Shown here: positions 6,888 to 14,840 of the stretch, piece by piece | How positions within the stretch are numbered: position 1 is the first letter of the stretch | How the letters are laid out: every line of letters starts with the position of its first letter | Source of the DNA: a bacterium | Lineage (GTDB): Bacteria; Arandabacterota; Arandabacteria; Arandabacterales; JALGWA01 | Length of the DNA stretch: 14,840 bases | Reading direction: 5' to 3' | NCBI GenBank assembly: GCA_050125095.1 | Contig: JASFEA010000079.1 | Location: 1 to 14,840, forward strand | Position numbers and translations under genes: made by a program | Notes under the pieces: generated by a model | Told to the model about the DNA's origin: nothing | Database searches by the model: none | Seen by the model: only the letters and a program-made list of their open reading frames with translations

Positions 6888-8368
6888 TGTCGGCGCAAAT
6901 AGTGATTGTTGAACAGCGCGGTGACTGGAAGGAGCACTATCCCGACGCCATAGTAGTCCTGGCGAAGGATTATGTCAGCCTTCAGGAGTACTTCAAGATG
7001 AGAGACCTCCGGGTTGTGAACCTGTGCAGGAGCTACCGCTATCACAGCCTGGGATATTATTGCTCCCTGCTTGCGGAGGCCCGCAGGCACAGGGTCATCC
7101 CGTCGGTGCGCACCATTACCGAACTTATGAGCAAGTCCATCTACGGGCTCAGTATCGATGACCTCCACGGGATTGTAGAAAAGCGCATCGGGGACATAAA
7201 AGACCAGCCTTCGGGACCGGCGTTCTCAATATACGTGCACTTCGGCAAGTGTGATAATGACGACTTCCAGGATCTCTCTCGGCAGCTCTTCGACCTCTTC
7301 GCATGCCCGATCCTCAAGGTGGAATTCAGACTGAACGGAAAATGGCAGATTTCGACCATACGCGCAACGTCACTTCATGGAATCCCGGAGGACCAGGAAG
7401 CCCCGTTTATAGACGGATTCAATGCGCATTCCAGTAAGCGATGGCGGACGCCCAGGGCAAAGCGGGTTTCGCGCTACGACATGGCCATACTGCATGACCC
7501 CGATGAGAAGCTTCCTCCATCGGATCCCCGGGCCCTCCAGAAGTTCATAAAGGCGGGCAAGAAGCTGGGCGTGGATGTTGATCTCATAACCAAGAAGGAT
7601 TTCTCGCGGCTTGGCGAGTACGACGCCCTGTTTATCCGCGAGACCACTCAAATGGAACACCACACCTACCGATTCGCGCGAAAGGCCGAAAACGAGGGCA
7701 TGGTCGTGATCGATGATCCCGACTCCATCATGAAGTGCACAAACAAGATCTACCTGGCCGAACTCCTGGCGGCCAACAAGATCCCCATCCCCCGCACGGA
7801 GATCCTGAAGAAGGATGAAGCGGCCGATATCAGGTCGGTTGAGTCCAGAATACCATATCCGATAGTGCTCAAGATCCCGGATTCTTCTTTCTCCAGAGGC
7901 GTCCACAAAGTCGCTACAGCGGACGATCTCAGGACGGTGGCAGACGGGTTGTTCTCGGACTCCGACGTAATTCTCGCCCAGGAATACATGTACACGGATT
8001 TCGACTGGCGCATAGGCATTCTGAACCGGCGGCCTCTCTTTGCCTGCCAGTACTTCATGAGCCGGCGCCACTGGCAAATCATGAAGTATGACGAGTCGGG
8101 AGAATACACCGAGGGGGCCTCGAAGACCTGGAAGGTGGAGGACGTGCCCGAGGCCGTTGTTAAAACCGCCCTTCAGGCGGCCAACCTCATAGGCGACGGG
8201 TTCTACGGCGTCGACGTGAAGGAATCAGACGCAGGCCCCGTGGTGATAGAGATAAATGATAATCCAAGCATCGATTCCGGGGTGGAGGACAAGGTCCTCG
8301 GGGACAACCTGTACCAGGCGGTGATTGAAGAATTCACCCGCAGGCTGGACATCATGATTTCTATCTAG
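6887..8368 (+). CDS. RimK-family ATP-grasp ligase with N-terminal RLAN domain
   Basis: RLAN signature VVNLCRSYRYHSLGYYCSLLAEARRHRVIP. ATP-grasp motifs DALFIRETT, CTNKIYL, VLKIPDSSFSRGV, QEYMYTDFDWRIGIL, YGVDVK and IEINDNPSID. TAATG stop/start overlap with the upstream gene. Confidence 0.93.
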   Translation: MSAQIVIVEQRGDWKEHYPDAIVVLAKDYVSLQEYFKMRDLRVVNLCRSYRYHSLGYYCSLLAEARRHRVIPSVRTITELMSKSIYGLSIDDLHGIVEKRIGDIKDQPSGPAFSIYVHFGKCDNDDFQDLSRQLFDLFACPILKVEFRLNGKWQISTIRATSLHGIPEDQEAPFIDGFNAHSSKRWRTPRAKRVSRYDMAILHDPDEKLPPSDPRALQKFIKAGKKLGVDVDLITKKDFSRLGEYDALFIRETTQMEHHTYRFARKAENEGMVVIDDPDSIMKCTNKIYLAELLAANKIPIPRTEILKKDEAADIRSVESRIPYPIVLKIPDSSFSRGVHKVATADDLRTVADGLFSDSDVILAQEYMYTDFDWRIGILNRRPLFACQYFMSRRHWQIMKYDESGEYTEGASKTWKVEDVPEAVVKTALQAANLIGDGFYGVDVKESDAGPVVIEINDNPSIDSGVEDKVLGDNLYQAVIEEFTRRLDIMISI

Positions 8369-8526
8369 GCCATCAGCACGCCTCTCGGAATCTGGTTTTG
8401 ATATTCCCGCATAATTCCCCTAATATCGAGGCCCGTGGCACAGGTGCCGCGTATGCACCTGAATAGAGCCGGGGTTCTCGACGGCCCTTAGTGTGCATAA
8501 TCTGTCCATTCAAGGAGAAAACCGCT

Positions 8527-10215
8527 ATGACCGTCAAACCGTTCCAGGCCCTGGAAACGCTCGAGCAATTGAAGGCCGATTACGGAGGCGATGCGGCCCG
8601 GCGCAAGATGGAGATGCTTGAAGTGCTTGAAGATGCGTCGCTGTCGAGCGCAGGCAAGGTCTTTCGCTTGCACGAAACGCTCTGCTTTTTGCGTGCCTAT
8701 CCGGACAGCAGCGATGTCCTCGGGCAGGTGGAGAAAATGCTCAGCGGCTTCGCGCGCCGGAAGGACCTCCGGCGCAATCGGAGGGAACTGGCCAATAGCG
8801 GCGTGGCCGGTACCGCAATACACTATGCCTTCTTCTGGATCACGGCATGCTGGCTGTCCGAGCGCTGGCCGGACCGCATATATATCGACTGGGGGGACTT
8901 TGAGAAGAAAAAGGAACTCATGGAGTTTCTTCACCTGCTGGTCCACTTCTCAGAGACTCCCGCGCTCGACCACCTGAATTTCTCCCAGCGCGAATGGATA
9001 AAGCGCCTCAAGGGGCCGGATGAAACAGACGCCTATTTTCTGATTCGTCGTTTCAAAGCGCTCCCCGGCAACTCATTCGTTCGTGAGACGCTCTATGACC
9101 GTCTGATCATACCCATGAGACTCTCGCCCGGCGAGAACACGCCGAGCCGGACGAATGCCCGCTATCCGGCAAGTCCGGTCGTTTTCCAGGCCCGGCCGCT
9201 CTCGAAAGCCCGCCCGAGGCTGCGGCGGGAGATCCCGCGATGTCCGGTGCGCGTGAGTGCCGTTCCACCCCGCGAGGCCCGGAGGCTGGTCGACCTGGCG
9301 CGTGAGGCAATGGTGACCCGGAGCCGCGACCTCGACGCTTTCGAGTACGCATATGAGAAGGACGTAAGGCTCATCAGTTGCGACCAAGGGATTCAGTTCG
9401 TGTGCCTCGGCGTCATTCCGGAGCGCCGGCTGCTGCTCGATGCGGTTTATAGTTTCCTGACGCTGAAGAATGGCGTTCCCATAGGTTATGTATTGACCAG
9501 TTCGTTCTTCCGTTCTTCCGAAGTAGCCTTCAACATGTTCGAGACATTTCGCGGGGCCGGGTCCGGAATTGTCTACAGCCGTGCGCTGGCCATGGTGCGG
9601 CGCCTCTTCGGGAGCGATACATTCGCCGTGCCCCCGCATCAGCTGGGTTACAATAACCTGGAGGCGCTGGAGTCGGGCGCGTGGTGGTTCTACTATAAGC
9701 TCGGATTTCGCCCGAGGGATCCCGGAGTCCGCCGGCTCCTGCGGATGGAGCTCAACATGATGAAGCGTAGACCCCGGCACCGAACGGACATCAAGACCCT
9801 GAATGACCTCTCGTCCGAGAACATGTACTTCAGCATGGGGAAGAAGCGCAAGGACGTCATAGGTGAGATCTACCTGGGGGATATAGGCCTCCTTGTCAGC
9901 CGCACCCTGGCCGAGCGGTTCGGCGCCGATCGCGAGAAGGCGGTCAGAACCTCCTCACGGGAGGCGGCGCGGCGCCTGGGCCTGCGCTCTCGGCAAGGAT
10001 TCTCGGCCGGGGAGAGGTTGGCCTGGGAGCGCTGGAGCCCCTTGATCATGGCGGTGCCCGGAATAGAAAAATGGAGCGCGGAAGACATGCGGCTGCTCGT
10101 TCGCGTGGTGCGAGCCAAGGGAGGGAGGCGGGAGTCCGAATTTGTGCGGCTCTTCAACCGGCACCGGCGGCTGCAAAAGGCCCTGATCGAATTAACGCAG
10201 AGAGCCTGGGAATAG
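8527..10215 (+). CDS. Hypothetical Arg-rich protein (~562 aa) with a probable cryptic GNAT-fold domain
   Basis: Long ORF with coding-like GC3 bias. RBS AAGGAG at 8512-8517 supports the ATG at 8527 over the GTG at 8491. GNAT-like motifs ETFRGAGSG and NNLEALESGAWWFYYKLGFRP. Confidence 0.85.
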   Translation: MTVKPFQALETLEQLKADYGGDAARRKMEMLEVLEDASLSSAGKVFRLHETLCFLRAYPDSSDVLGQVEKMLSGFARRKDLRRNRRELANSGVAGTAIHYAFFWITACWLSERWPDRIYIDWGDFEKKKELMEFLHLLVHFSETPALDHLNFSQREWIKRLKGPDETDAYFLIRRFKALPGNSFVRETLYDRLIIPMRLSPGENTPSRTNARYPASPVVFQARPLSKARPRLRREIPRCPVRVSAVPPREARRLVDLAREAMVTRSRDLDAFEYAYEKDVRLISCDQGIQFVCLGVIPERRLLLDAVYSFLTLKNGVPIGYVLTSSFFRSSEVAFNMFETFRGAGSGIVYSRALAMVRRLFGSDTFAVPPHQLGYNNLEALESGAWWFYYKLGFRPRDPGVRRLLRMELNMMKRRPRHRTDIKTLNDLSSENMYFSMGKKRKDVIGEIYLGDIGLLVSRTLAERFGADREKAVRTSSREAARRLGLRSRQGFSAGERLAWERWSPLIMAVPGIEKWSAEDMRLLVRVVRAKGGRRESEFVRLFNRHRRLQKALIELTQRAWE

Positions 10216-10216
10216 A

Positions 10217-10255
10217 CCGGATGGGCGGGGCCCACGCGGCGCCCCCGGTGTCTTC
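10217..10255 (+). terminator. GC-rich hairpin directly after the stop codon; weak terminator candidate
   Basis: ACCGG(at)GGGCG...CGCCC-CCGGT is followed by gtctt. There is no long T tract. Confidence 0.3.
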
Positions 10256-10303
10256 CACGCCTCCCCATTCGGATGGTGCCGTCTGTGATGGCGCCGTACT
10301 GGG

Positions 10304-10332
10304 TTGACGCGGCGGGCTTCCGGGCGTAGAGT
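10304..10332 (+). promoter_or_regulatory. Sigma70-type promoter for the hydrolase::S41 gene
   Basis: TTGACG-N17-TAGAGT is near consensus, with optimal spacing, in intergenic DNA. Confidence 0.65.
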
Positions 10333-10438
10333 ACTTTTGCGGTAACCCGAAAGGTGTATGCAGAGGAACCGTCGGGTATCGATCCTTCTTGAAGAACCCC
10401 CTGACGAACGGAAATGAACGATGAAAGGAGGCTGTGCT

Positions 10439-13400
10439 ATGAACCGGCGTGTTCACCGGCGTGGCCGTATGGGAGTGATATGCATTTTGATGTTAATCGG
10501 CCTTATGGTCCTGGCGCCGGCTGCCCGCGCCGGAGTGGTGCGTGTCGAGATCGCCAGCCGGGAGGCTGCCTCCGATGCCCCGCAGGACGGCCCGGCCGGG
10601 CCCTACGAGGTACTTAAGGGAATAATATACCTCGAGGTGGATCCGGATGACCCGGCCAATGGCATGGTGGTGGACCTGGATCTTGCCGAGCGGAACGAGC
10701 GCGGCAATGTCGAATTCTCTACTGATTTCGAGATGCACAAGCCCGTTGATGCCGATCGCGGAAACGGCCGGCTGATGTATTTCGTCAACAACCGCGGGCA
10801 CAAGATGGGCCTGGGCCACTTCTGCTATGAGGCCGGCGAAAACTGGCTGTATCGCAATGGCTGGTCTTTTTTGTGGTGCGGTTGGAACTGCGACGTGATC
10901 CCCAGCGACCGGACACTCAACATCTATGTGCCGGTGGCAACCCAGAACGGAAAGACCATCACGGGGAGAGTGTACACCGAGATCATCTCCTACTCGGACT
11001 TCGTAGAAAACGGGTTACCCCTCGTCTGGGGCGGCTCCGTCGCATATGAGCCGGTCAACATGAATGAACCTGACGCCGTCCTCAATATGCGGCAGTACCG
11101 CTGGGAAGGCCCTGTCGAGGTGCCGCGCGATCAATGGTCATTCGCGCGCGTGGAGGACGGCCGGCCCGTTCCCGACCCGGGCCACCTGTATGTGAATGAA
11201 GGCATCAAGCCCGGATGGCTGTATGACCTGGTATATACGGCGAAGGATCCAAAGGTGACGGGTCTCGGCCTGGCCGCGATCCGCGACGTCGTGTCCTATT
11301 TCAGGTACGAAGAGGTCGACGATGCCGGCACTCCGAACCCACTGGCGGGAGCCATAGAGCACACCTACTCCTGGGGCCACTCCCAGTCGGCCCGCCTGCT
11401 GTATCATTTTCTCTATGAGGGTTTCAACGGTGACGAGAAGGGGAGGATGGTATTCGACGGCGTACAGGCCAATTGTGGGGGGGGCGGAAAGGGGCAGTTC
11501 AATTCGCGTTTCGCGCAGACCACGCGCCACGGGAGCCATCACGAAGACAACCTCTTTCCCATCGACTTCTTCCCGTTCAACACCGTCGAGCAGTACGACC
11601 CGGTAACCGGAGAGCGCGGGGATGGGCTGGAGCGGGTGCGCAAGTCCGGCGTTCTTCCCAAGATATTCTTCATAAATTCCGCCACAGACTACTGGACCAG
11701 GGCCGCCTCACTGCTCCACACCGATGTCGAGGGCAAAAGAGACGCCGAGATTGATCCGAATGTAAGGATATATGCGATCGCCGGCCGCGCTCACGTCGAC
11801 GACCGCATCGGGCTTGTCGGCCGGGCGCTCCTTACCGCCCTGGACGAATGGGTCACGGACGGCGTCGAGCCCCCGGAGTCTCAGATTCCGCGGATCTCAG
11901 ACGGCACCCTGGTTCCCATTGAAGAGTTCCGCGAGGCGTTTCCCGCAATTCCGGGTGTCCTCATACCCGAGTCCTATTACAATCCCTACCGGTTGGACCC
12001 CGGGCCCCGCTGGCGGGCGGAGGGTATCGCCGATAATGTGCCTCCGAAGACCGGCCCCAAATATGTATGCCTCGTTCCCCAGGTCGACGCCGACGGCAAT
12101 GATATAGCCGGCGTGCGTCTACCCGAGGTCGCTCTGCCGCTCGCCACATTCACAGGCTGGACGATGCGGAATCCTGGATTTTCCCGAACGCTGGGCCGAA
12201 ACACCGGCCGGGTATGGCAGGTGCCCGCGACAGCCGGGGAACGTGAGCGAACCGGCGATCCGAGGGAATCGCTTGAGGAGCGGTTTGACTCTGGAGGGGA
12301 CTATCTGGAAAAGGCGAAGCAGTGTCTCTCGACCCTGAGAGGTCAGCGGCTGCTGCTGGACGAGGACCACAATAGGCTGCAGGAACAGGCGGTCATACAA
12401 AGCGCCTTCATTGGAGATCTGAGGCCTCTGGAGGACGTCGTACTCCAGGACGGGCCCGAAGCCGGCCTCGCCCACCTTGAGCAGGTGGACGCTTCCGGCA
12501 TCCTTCTCTGGATCGGCAGGGGCTTGCGGTCGATGGAGGGCATGATCAACTCGAAGGGGTATGAATATCTGTATGCCGGCGAACTCGAGTCGGCGCTCAA
12601 GTTGTTCAAGTTCAATACGCTTGCGTTCCCGGATAATGCCAATACATGGGACAGCCTCGGCGAGTGCTATCTAGCGTTGGGCGAGCTGGATCTTTCGAAG
12701 GAGAACTACGAGAAGTCTCTCGAGCTGAATCCCGAGAACACTAATGCCGTCAGGATGCTTGAGGGAATAGAATGGAAGGCCGGCGGGGGCAGGATAGACT
12801 CCGGGGTCCGTGAAGAAGCAGTCCGGGAAGTGGCTGGCGTCATCAGGGAGCGCTACGCCGATCCTGAGGCAGCCGAAGTCCTTGCGGAAACAATAATCAC
12901 CTGCCTCCAGCGGGGCGAGTTCGATTCAGCCGACACCGCGGACTCCCTGGTCGCTGAGGTTATGAAAGTGATCAGGTCCAGGGTTGCGGACCGGCACTTC
13001 AAGTTCTCGTTACGCGACGAATTCAAAATCTCGCCAGATGAATCGCCCGACCGTGAGCGCAGTCCGCATGGTCTCCGTACGACGCGCATGCTGCGGCATG
13101 AAACGGCCTACCTCGAGCTCGATGGCCTCCCCGGTGATGACGAATCCATGGCAGCCGTGGAACAGGCTATTACGGAGCTTCCGGAGATGGAGGCCATAGT
13201 CATCGACCTCCGGGATAACAATGGGGGATCAGCTGACATGGTTGTTCTCCTCTGCAACCACCTCCTGGAGGCCAATTCACTCCTCTGCACATTCTCCAGC
13301 CGGTCGGGGGGTTCCCCGGTGGAGATAAGAAGCGCATCTGCAGTGCCGCGTTTTGGCACAGAGGTCCCCGTGTTCGTTCTCGTCGGCGAGGCCACCATAT

Positions 13401-13666
13401 CGGCCGCGGAGGCATTGGCCTTCATCTTGCAGGACTTCGGCCGTGCCACGGTCGTCGGCGAGCGGACAGCGGGAATGGCCAATCCGTCCAGAACCTACTC
13501 CGTCGAACCAGTTTTCGAGGTGACAGTTCCATTCCTGATTGCACGATATGGAGAGGCTGGGGGCACCTTCGCGGGAACGGGTGTTAAGCCGGACATCGAG
13601 GTACCTGCGGACGCGGCCCTGGATGTCGCCCTTGATGAAATTGGGAATACACTCGAATCGGAATAG
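10439..13666 (+). CDS. Secreted fusion: alpha/beta-hydrolase domain (Abhydrolase_10/PF20091-like), TPR repeats and S41-family peptidase
   Basis: RBS AAAGGAGG (10424-10431) supports the ATG at 10439. Signal peptide ends APAARA. Hydrolase: VNNRG, GLGLAAIRDVVSYFR, WGHSQSARLL (nucleophile elbow), DYWTRAASL, VPQVDADGNDIAGVRLP. TPR: INSKGYEYL...FPDNANTWDSLGECY...YEKSLELNPEN. S41: DRHF, IVIDLRDNNGGS, TISAAE, VVGERTAG, GVKPDI. Confidence 0.9.
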   Translation: MNRRVHRRGRMGVICILMLIGLMVLAPAARAGVVRVEIASREAASDAPQDGPAGPYEVLKGIIYLEVDPDDPANGMVVDLDLAERNERGNVEFSTDFEMHKPVDADRGNGRLMYFVNNRGHKMGLGHFCYEAGENWLYRNGWSFLWCGWNCDVIPSDRTLNIYVPVATQNGKTITGRVYTEIISYSDFVENGLPLVWGGSVAYEPVNMNEPDAVLNMRQYRWEGPVEVPRDQWSFARVEDGRPVPDPGHLYVNEGIKPGWLYDLVYTAKDPKVTGLGLAAIRDVVSYFRYEEVDDAGTPNPLAGAIEHTYSWGHSQSARLLYHFLYEGFNGDEKGRMVFDGVQANCGGGGKGQFNSRFAQTTRHGSHHEDNLFPIDFFPFNTVEQYDPVTGERGDGLERVRKSGVLPKIFFINSATDYWTRAASLLHTDVEGKRDAEIDPNVRIYAIAGRAHVDDRIGLVGRALLTALDEWVTDGVEPPESQIPRISDGTLVPIEEFREAFPAIPGVLIPESYYNPYRLDPGPRWRAEGIADNVPPKTGPKYVCLVPQVDADGNDIAGVRLPEVALPLATFTGWTMRNPGFSRTLGRNTGRVWQVPATAGERERTGDPRESLEERFDSGGDYLEKAKQCLSTLRGQRLLLDEDHNRLQEQAVIQSAFIGDLRPLEDVVLQDGPEAGLAHLEQVDASGILLWIGRGLRSMEGMINSKGYEYLYAGELESALKLFKFNTLAFPDNANTWDSLGECYLALGELDLSKENYEKSLELNPENTNAVRMLEGIEWKAGGGRIDSGVREEAVREVAGVIRERYADPEAAEVLAETIITCLQRGEFDSADTADSLVAEVMKVIRSRVADRHFKFSLRDEFKISPDESPDRERSPHGLRTTRMLRHETAYLELDGLPGDDESMAAVEQAITELPEMEAIVIDLRDNNGGSADMVVLLCNHLLEANSLLCTFSSRSGGSPVEIRSASAVPRFGTEVPVFVLVGEATISAAEALAFILQDFGRATVVGERTAGMANPSRTYSVEPVFEVTVPFLIARYGEAGGTFAGTGVKPDIEVPADAALDVALDEIGNTLESE

Positions 13667-13670
13667 CGCA

Positions 13671-13699
13671 AGACCGGATGAGACGGTCTCAACGGGTCT
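13671..13699. repeat. Inverted repeat after the stop codon (terminator hairpin or operator)
   Basis: AGACC-gga-TGAGAC-g-GTCTCA-acg-GGTCT: a perfect 6-1-6 palindrome nested in an outer 5-bp inverted repeat. Confidence 0.45.
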
Positions 13700-13758
13700 G
13701 GGGACGCGACGTAAATCCTGCTTCATGGCATTAGAGCCTACCAGGTAATGCCGCTCGA

Positions 13759-13767
13759 TGCTATAAT
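13759..13767 (+). promoter_or_regulatory. Extended -10 promoter element for the antiporter
   Basis: Perfect TG-c-TATAAT, 50 nt upstream of the ATG at 13818. Confidence 0.65.
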
Positions 13768-13817
13768 GCACTGGCTGACATGACGGCACCATAGCTTTGA
13801 GCGTGCTGGAGGCATTA

Positions 13818-14840
13818 ATGCAATCAACCCTGATCGTAGGAATGATTATCGTCACAGGTTTCATTCTGGGTGAAGTCGTCCGGCGTTGTGGTCTGCCCAA
13901 GGTTACCGGGTATATTCTGGCGGGCATCATTCTAAACCCGGGCCTGCTGCACATCATCCCCCGACCCTTTACCCAACACACTGACCTGGTTACTAGTATC
14001 TCGCTCTCTTTTATCACATTCTCTGTGGGCGGCACGCTTCTGTATTCCCGGCTCAGCAAGCTCGGGAGGGGCATAATCTATATCACTATCTGCGAAGCCC
14101 AGTCGGCTTTCCTGGTTGTGGCTTTTGTATTCGTTGCGGTCTCGCCACTCCTCGCCGGAACCGGCTTTCCCGGTTCTCTCGCTGGCGCCATTGGTGTAAG
14201 CCTGCTCCTTGGCTCCATGGGTTCACCCACTGACCCTTCAGCCACCCTGGCAGTATCTCACGAGTATAAAGCAAAGGGGCCGGTTTCATCGACTATTCTG
14301 AGCGTGGCGGCATCCGACGATGCTCTTGGTGTTCTCAACTATACGCTCGCTATTGTGATTGTGGGCGCACTTATGCAATCGTCTTCGCTGCAACTCGGCC
14401 ATTCGCTGGCGTTCTCGCTCTTTAAGATACTCGGCGCGGTTATTCTCGGAGTCCTTTTCGGGATCATTTTTAATTTCGTGACGAAATGGGTTCGCAAGGA
14501 GACAGAGGGCGTACTTATAGTCCTCATTGTCGGGATGCTTTGTCTGTGTTTCGGTGTTGCGCGCACATTTCGTGTTGAGGAGCTGCTGGCAACGATGACC
14601 ATGGGTTTGATCGTGACTAATTACAATCCCAACGGACAGACGATATTCAAGATGCTTGAGCGGTACACAGAAGAACTGATATTCGTCCTGTTCTTCACGA
14701 TCAGCGGAATGCATCTGGACTTCTCGGTTCTGGCGACTTCATACCCGCTTGTATTGCTCTTCGTGTTCTTCAGGGCAACCGGGAAGTATCTCGGCACGAG
14801 GCTTGGGGCAAGACTTGCCGATAGCCCTTTAGCAGTCAGG
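13818..14840 (+). CDS. Cation:proton antiporter (Na+/H+ exchanger, CPA superfamily), 3'-truncated by the window
   Basis: Manual translation: RBS GGAGG at 13808-13812, then MQSTLIVGMIIVTGFILGEVVRRCGLPKVTGYILAGIILNPG...SPTDPSATLAVSHEYKAKGPVSSTILSVAASDDALG...FVLFFTISGMHLD...FRATGKYLG. The frame is open to the window end, has many TM segments and carries TDP and DD motifs. It is absent from the ORF track because it has no stop in the window. Confidence 0.93.
   Translation, partial: MQSTLIVGMIIVTGFILGEVVRRCGLPKVTGYILAGIILNPGLLHIIPRPFTQHTDLVTSISLSFITFSVGGTLLYSRLSKLGRGIIYITICEAQSAFLVVAFVFVAVSPLLAGTGFPGSLAGAIGVSLLLGSMGSPTDPSATLAVSHEYKAKGPVSSTILSVAASDDALGVLNYTLAIVIVGALMQSSSLQLGHSLAFSLFKILGAVILGVLFGIIFNFVTKWVRKETEGVLIVLIVGMLCLCFGVARTFRVEELLATMTMGLIVTNYNPNGQTIFKMLERYTEELIFVLFFTISGMHLDFSVLATSYPLVLLFVFFRATGKYLGTRLGARLADSPLAVR

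Noticed and set aside
8491..8526. GTG start giving MCIICPFKEKTA with an apparent CxxC motif
   Set aside because: The AAGGAG RBS lies within this stretch and points to the ATG at 8527, so the CxxC is probably not translated.
10340..10381. CCCGAAAGG as part of a c-di-GMP-I, SAM-I or glycine riboswitch
   Set aside because: The remaining consensus elements of those families are absent. It is kept only as an unclassified leader hairpin.
977..13748. Many other 60-235-aa ORFs overlapping the called genes (e.g. 1099-1593, 3615-4166, 7370-8077, 9073-9780)
   Set aside because: Long alternate-frame and antisense ORFs are expected in GC-rich DNA, and none has motifs or RBS support.
13277..14714. Minus-strand ORFs of 265, 67, 142 and 87 aa
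   Set aside because: They are antisense shadows of the S41 domain and of the real plus-strand antiporter starting at 13818.
13818..14840. Apparently lower GC in the antiporter gene as a sign of horizontal transfer
   Set aside because: T-rich codons for hydrophobic residues explain much of it, no mobility signatures are visible, and I did not quantify the difference.

Overview
GC-rich bacterial chromosomal window with ten supported CDSs and no rRNA, tRNA, CRISPR array or mobile element that I can recognise. The FlgD-Ig/T9SS-like C-terminal domains suggest an FCB-group lineage (inference only). In order: (1) the 3' end of a protein with such a C-terminal domain; (2) a convergent secreted 584-aa protein with the same tail, a PepSY-like region and a candidate clan CD His-Cys dyad; (3-4) a minus-strand polyamine operon encoding a deoxyhypusine synthase-like SpeY protein and an alanine-racemase-fold ornithine/lysine decarboxylase; (5) a 2-TM hypothetical protein; (6-7) a translationally coupled GNAT::C39-like peptidase fusion and RLAN-RimK ATP-grasp ligase; (8) a ~560-aa hypothetical protein that appears to hide a GNAT domain; (9) a secreted alpha/beta-hydrolase::TPR::S41 peptidase fusion; (10) a cation:proton antiporter, missing from the ORF track, that runs off the window. 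The most interesting hypothesis is a divergently arranged polyamine-synthesis plus amide-ligation/acylation/hydrolysis cluster (2540-10215).
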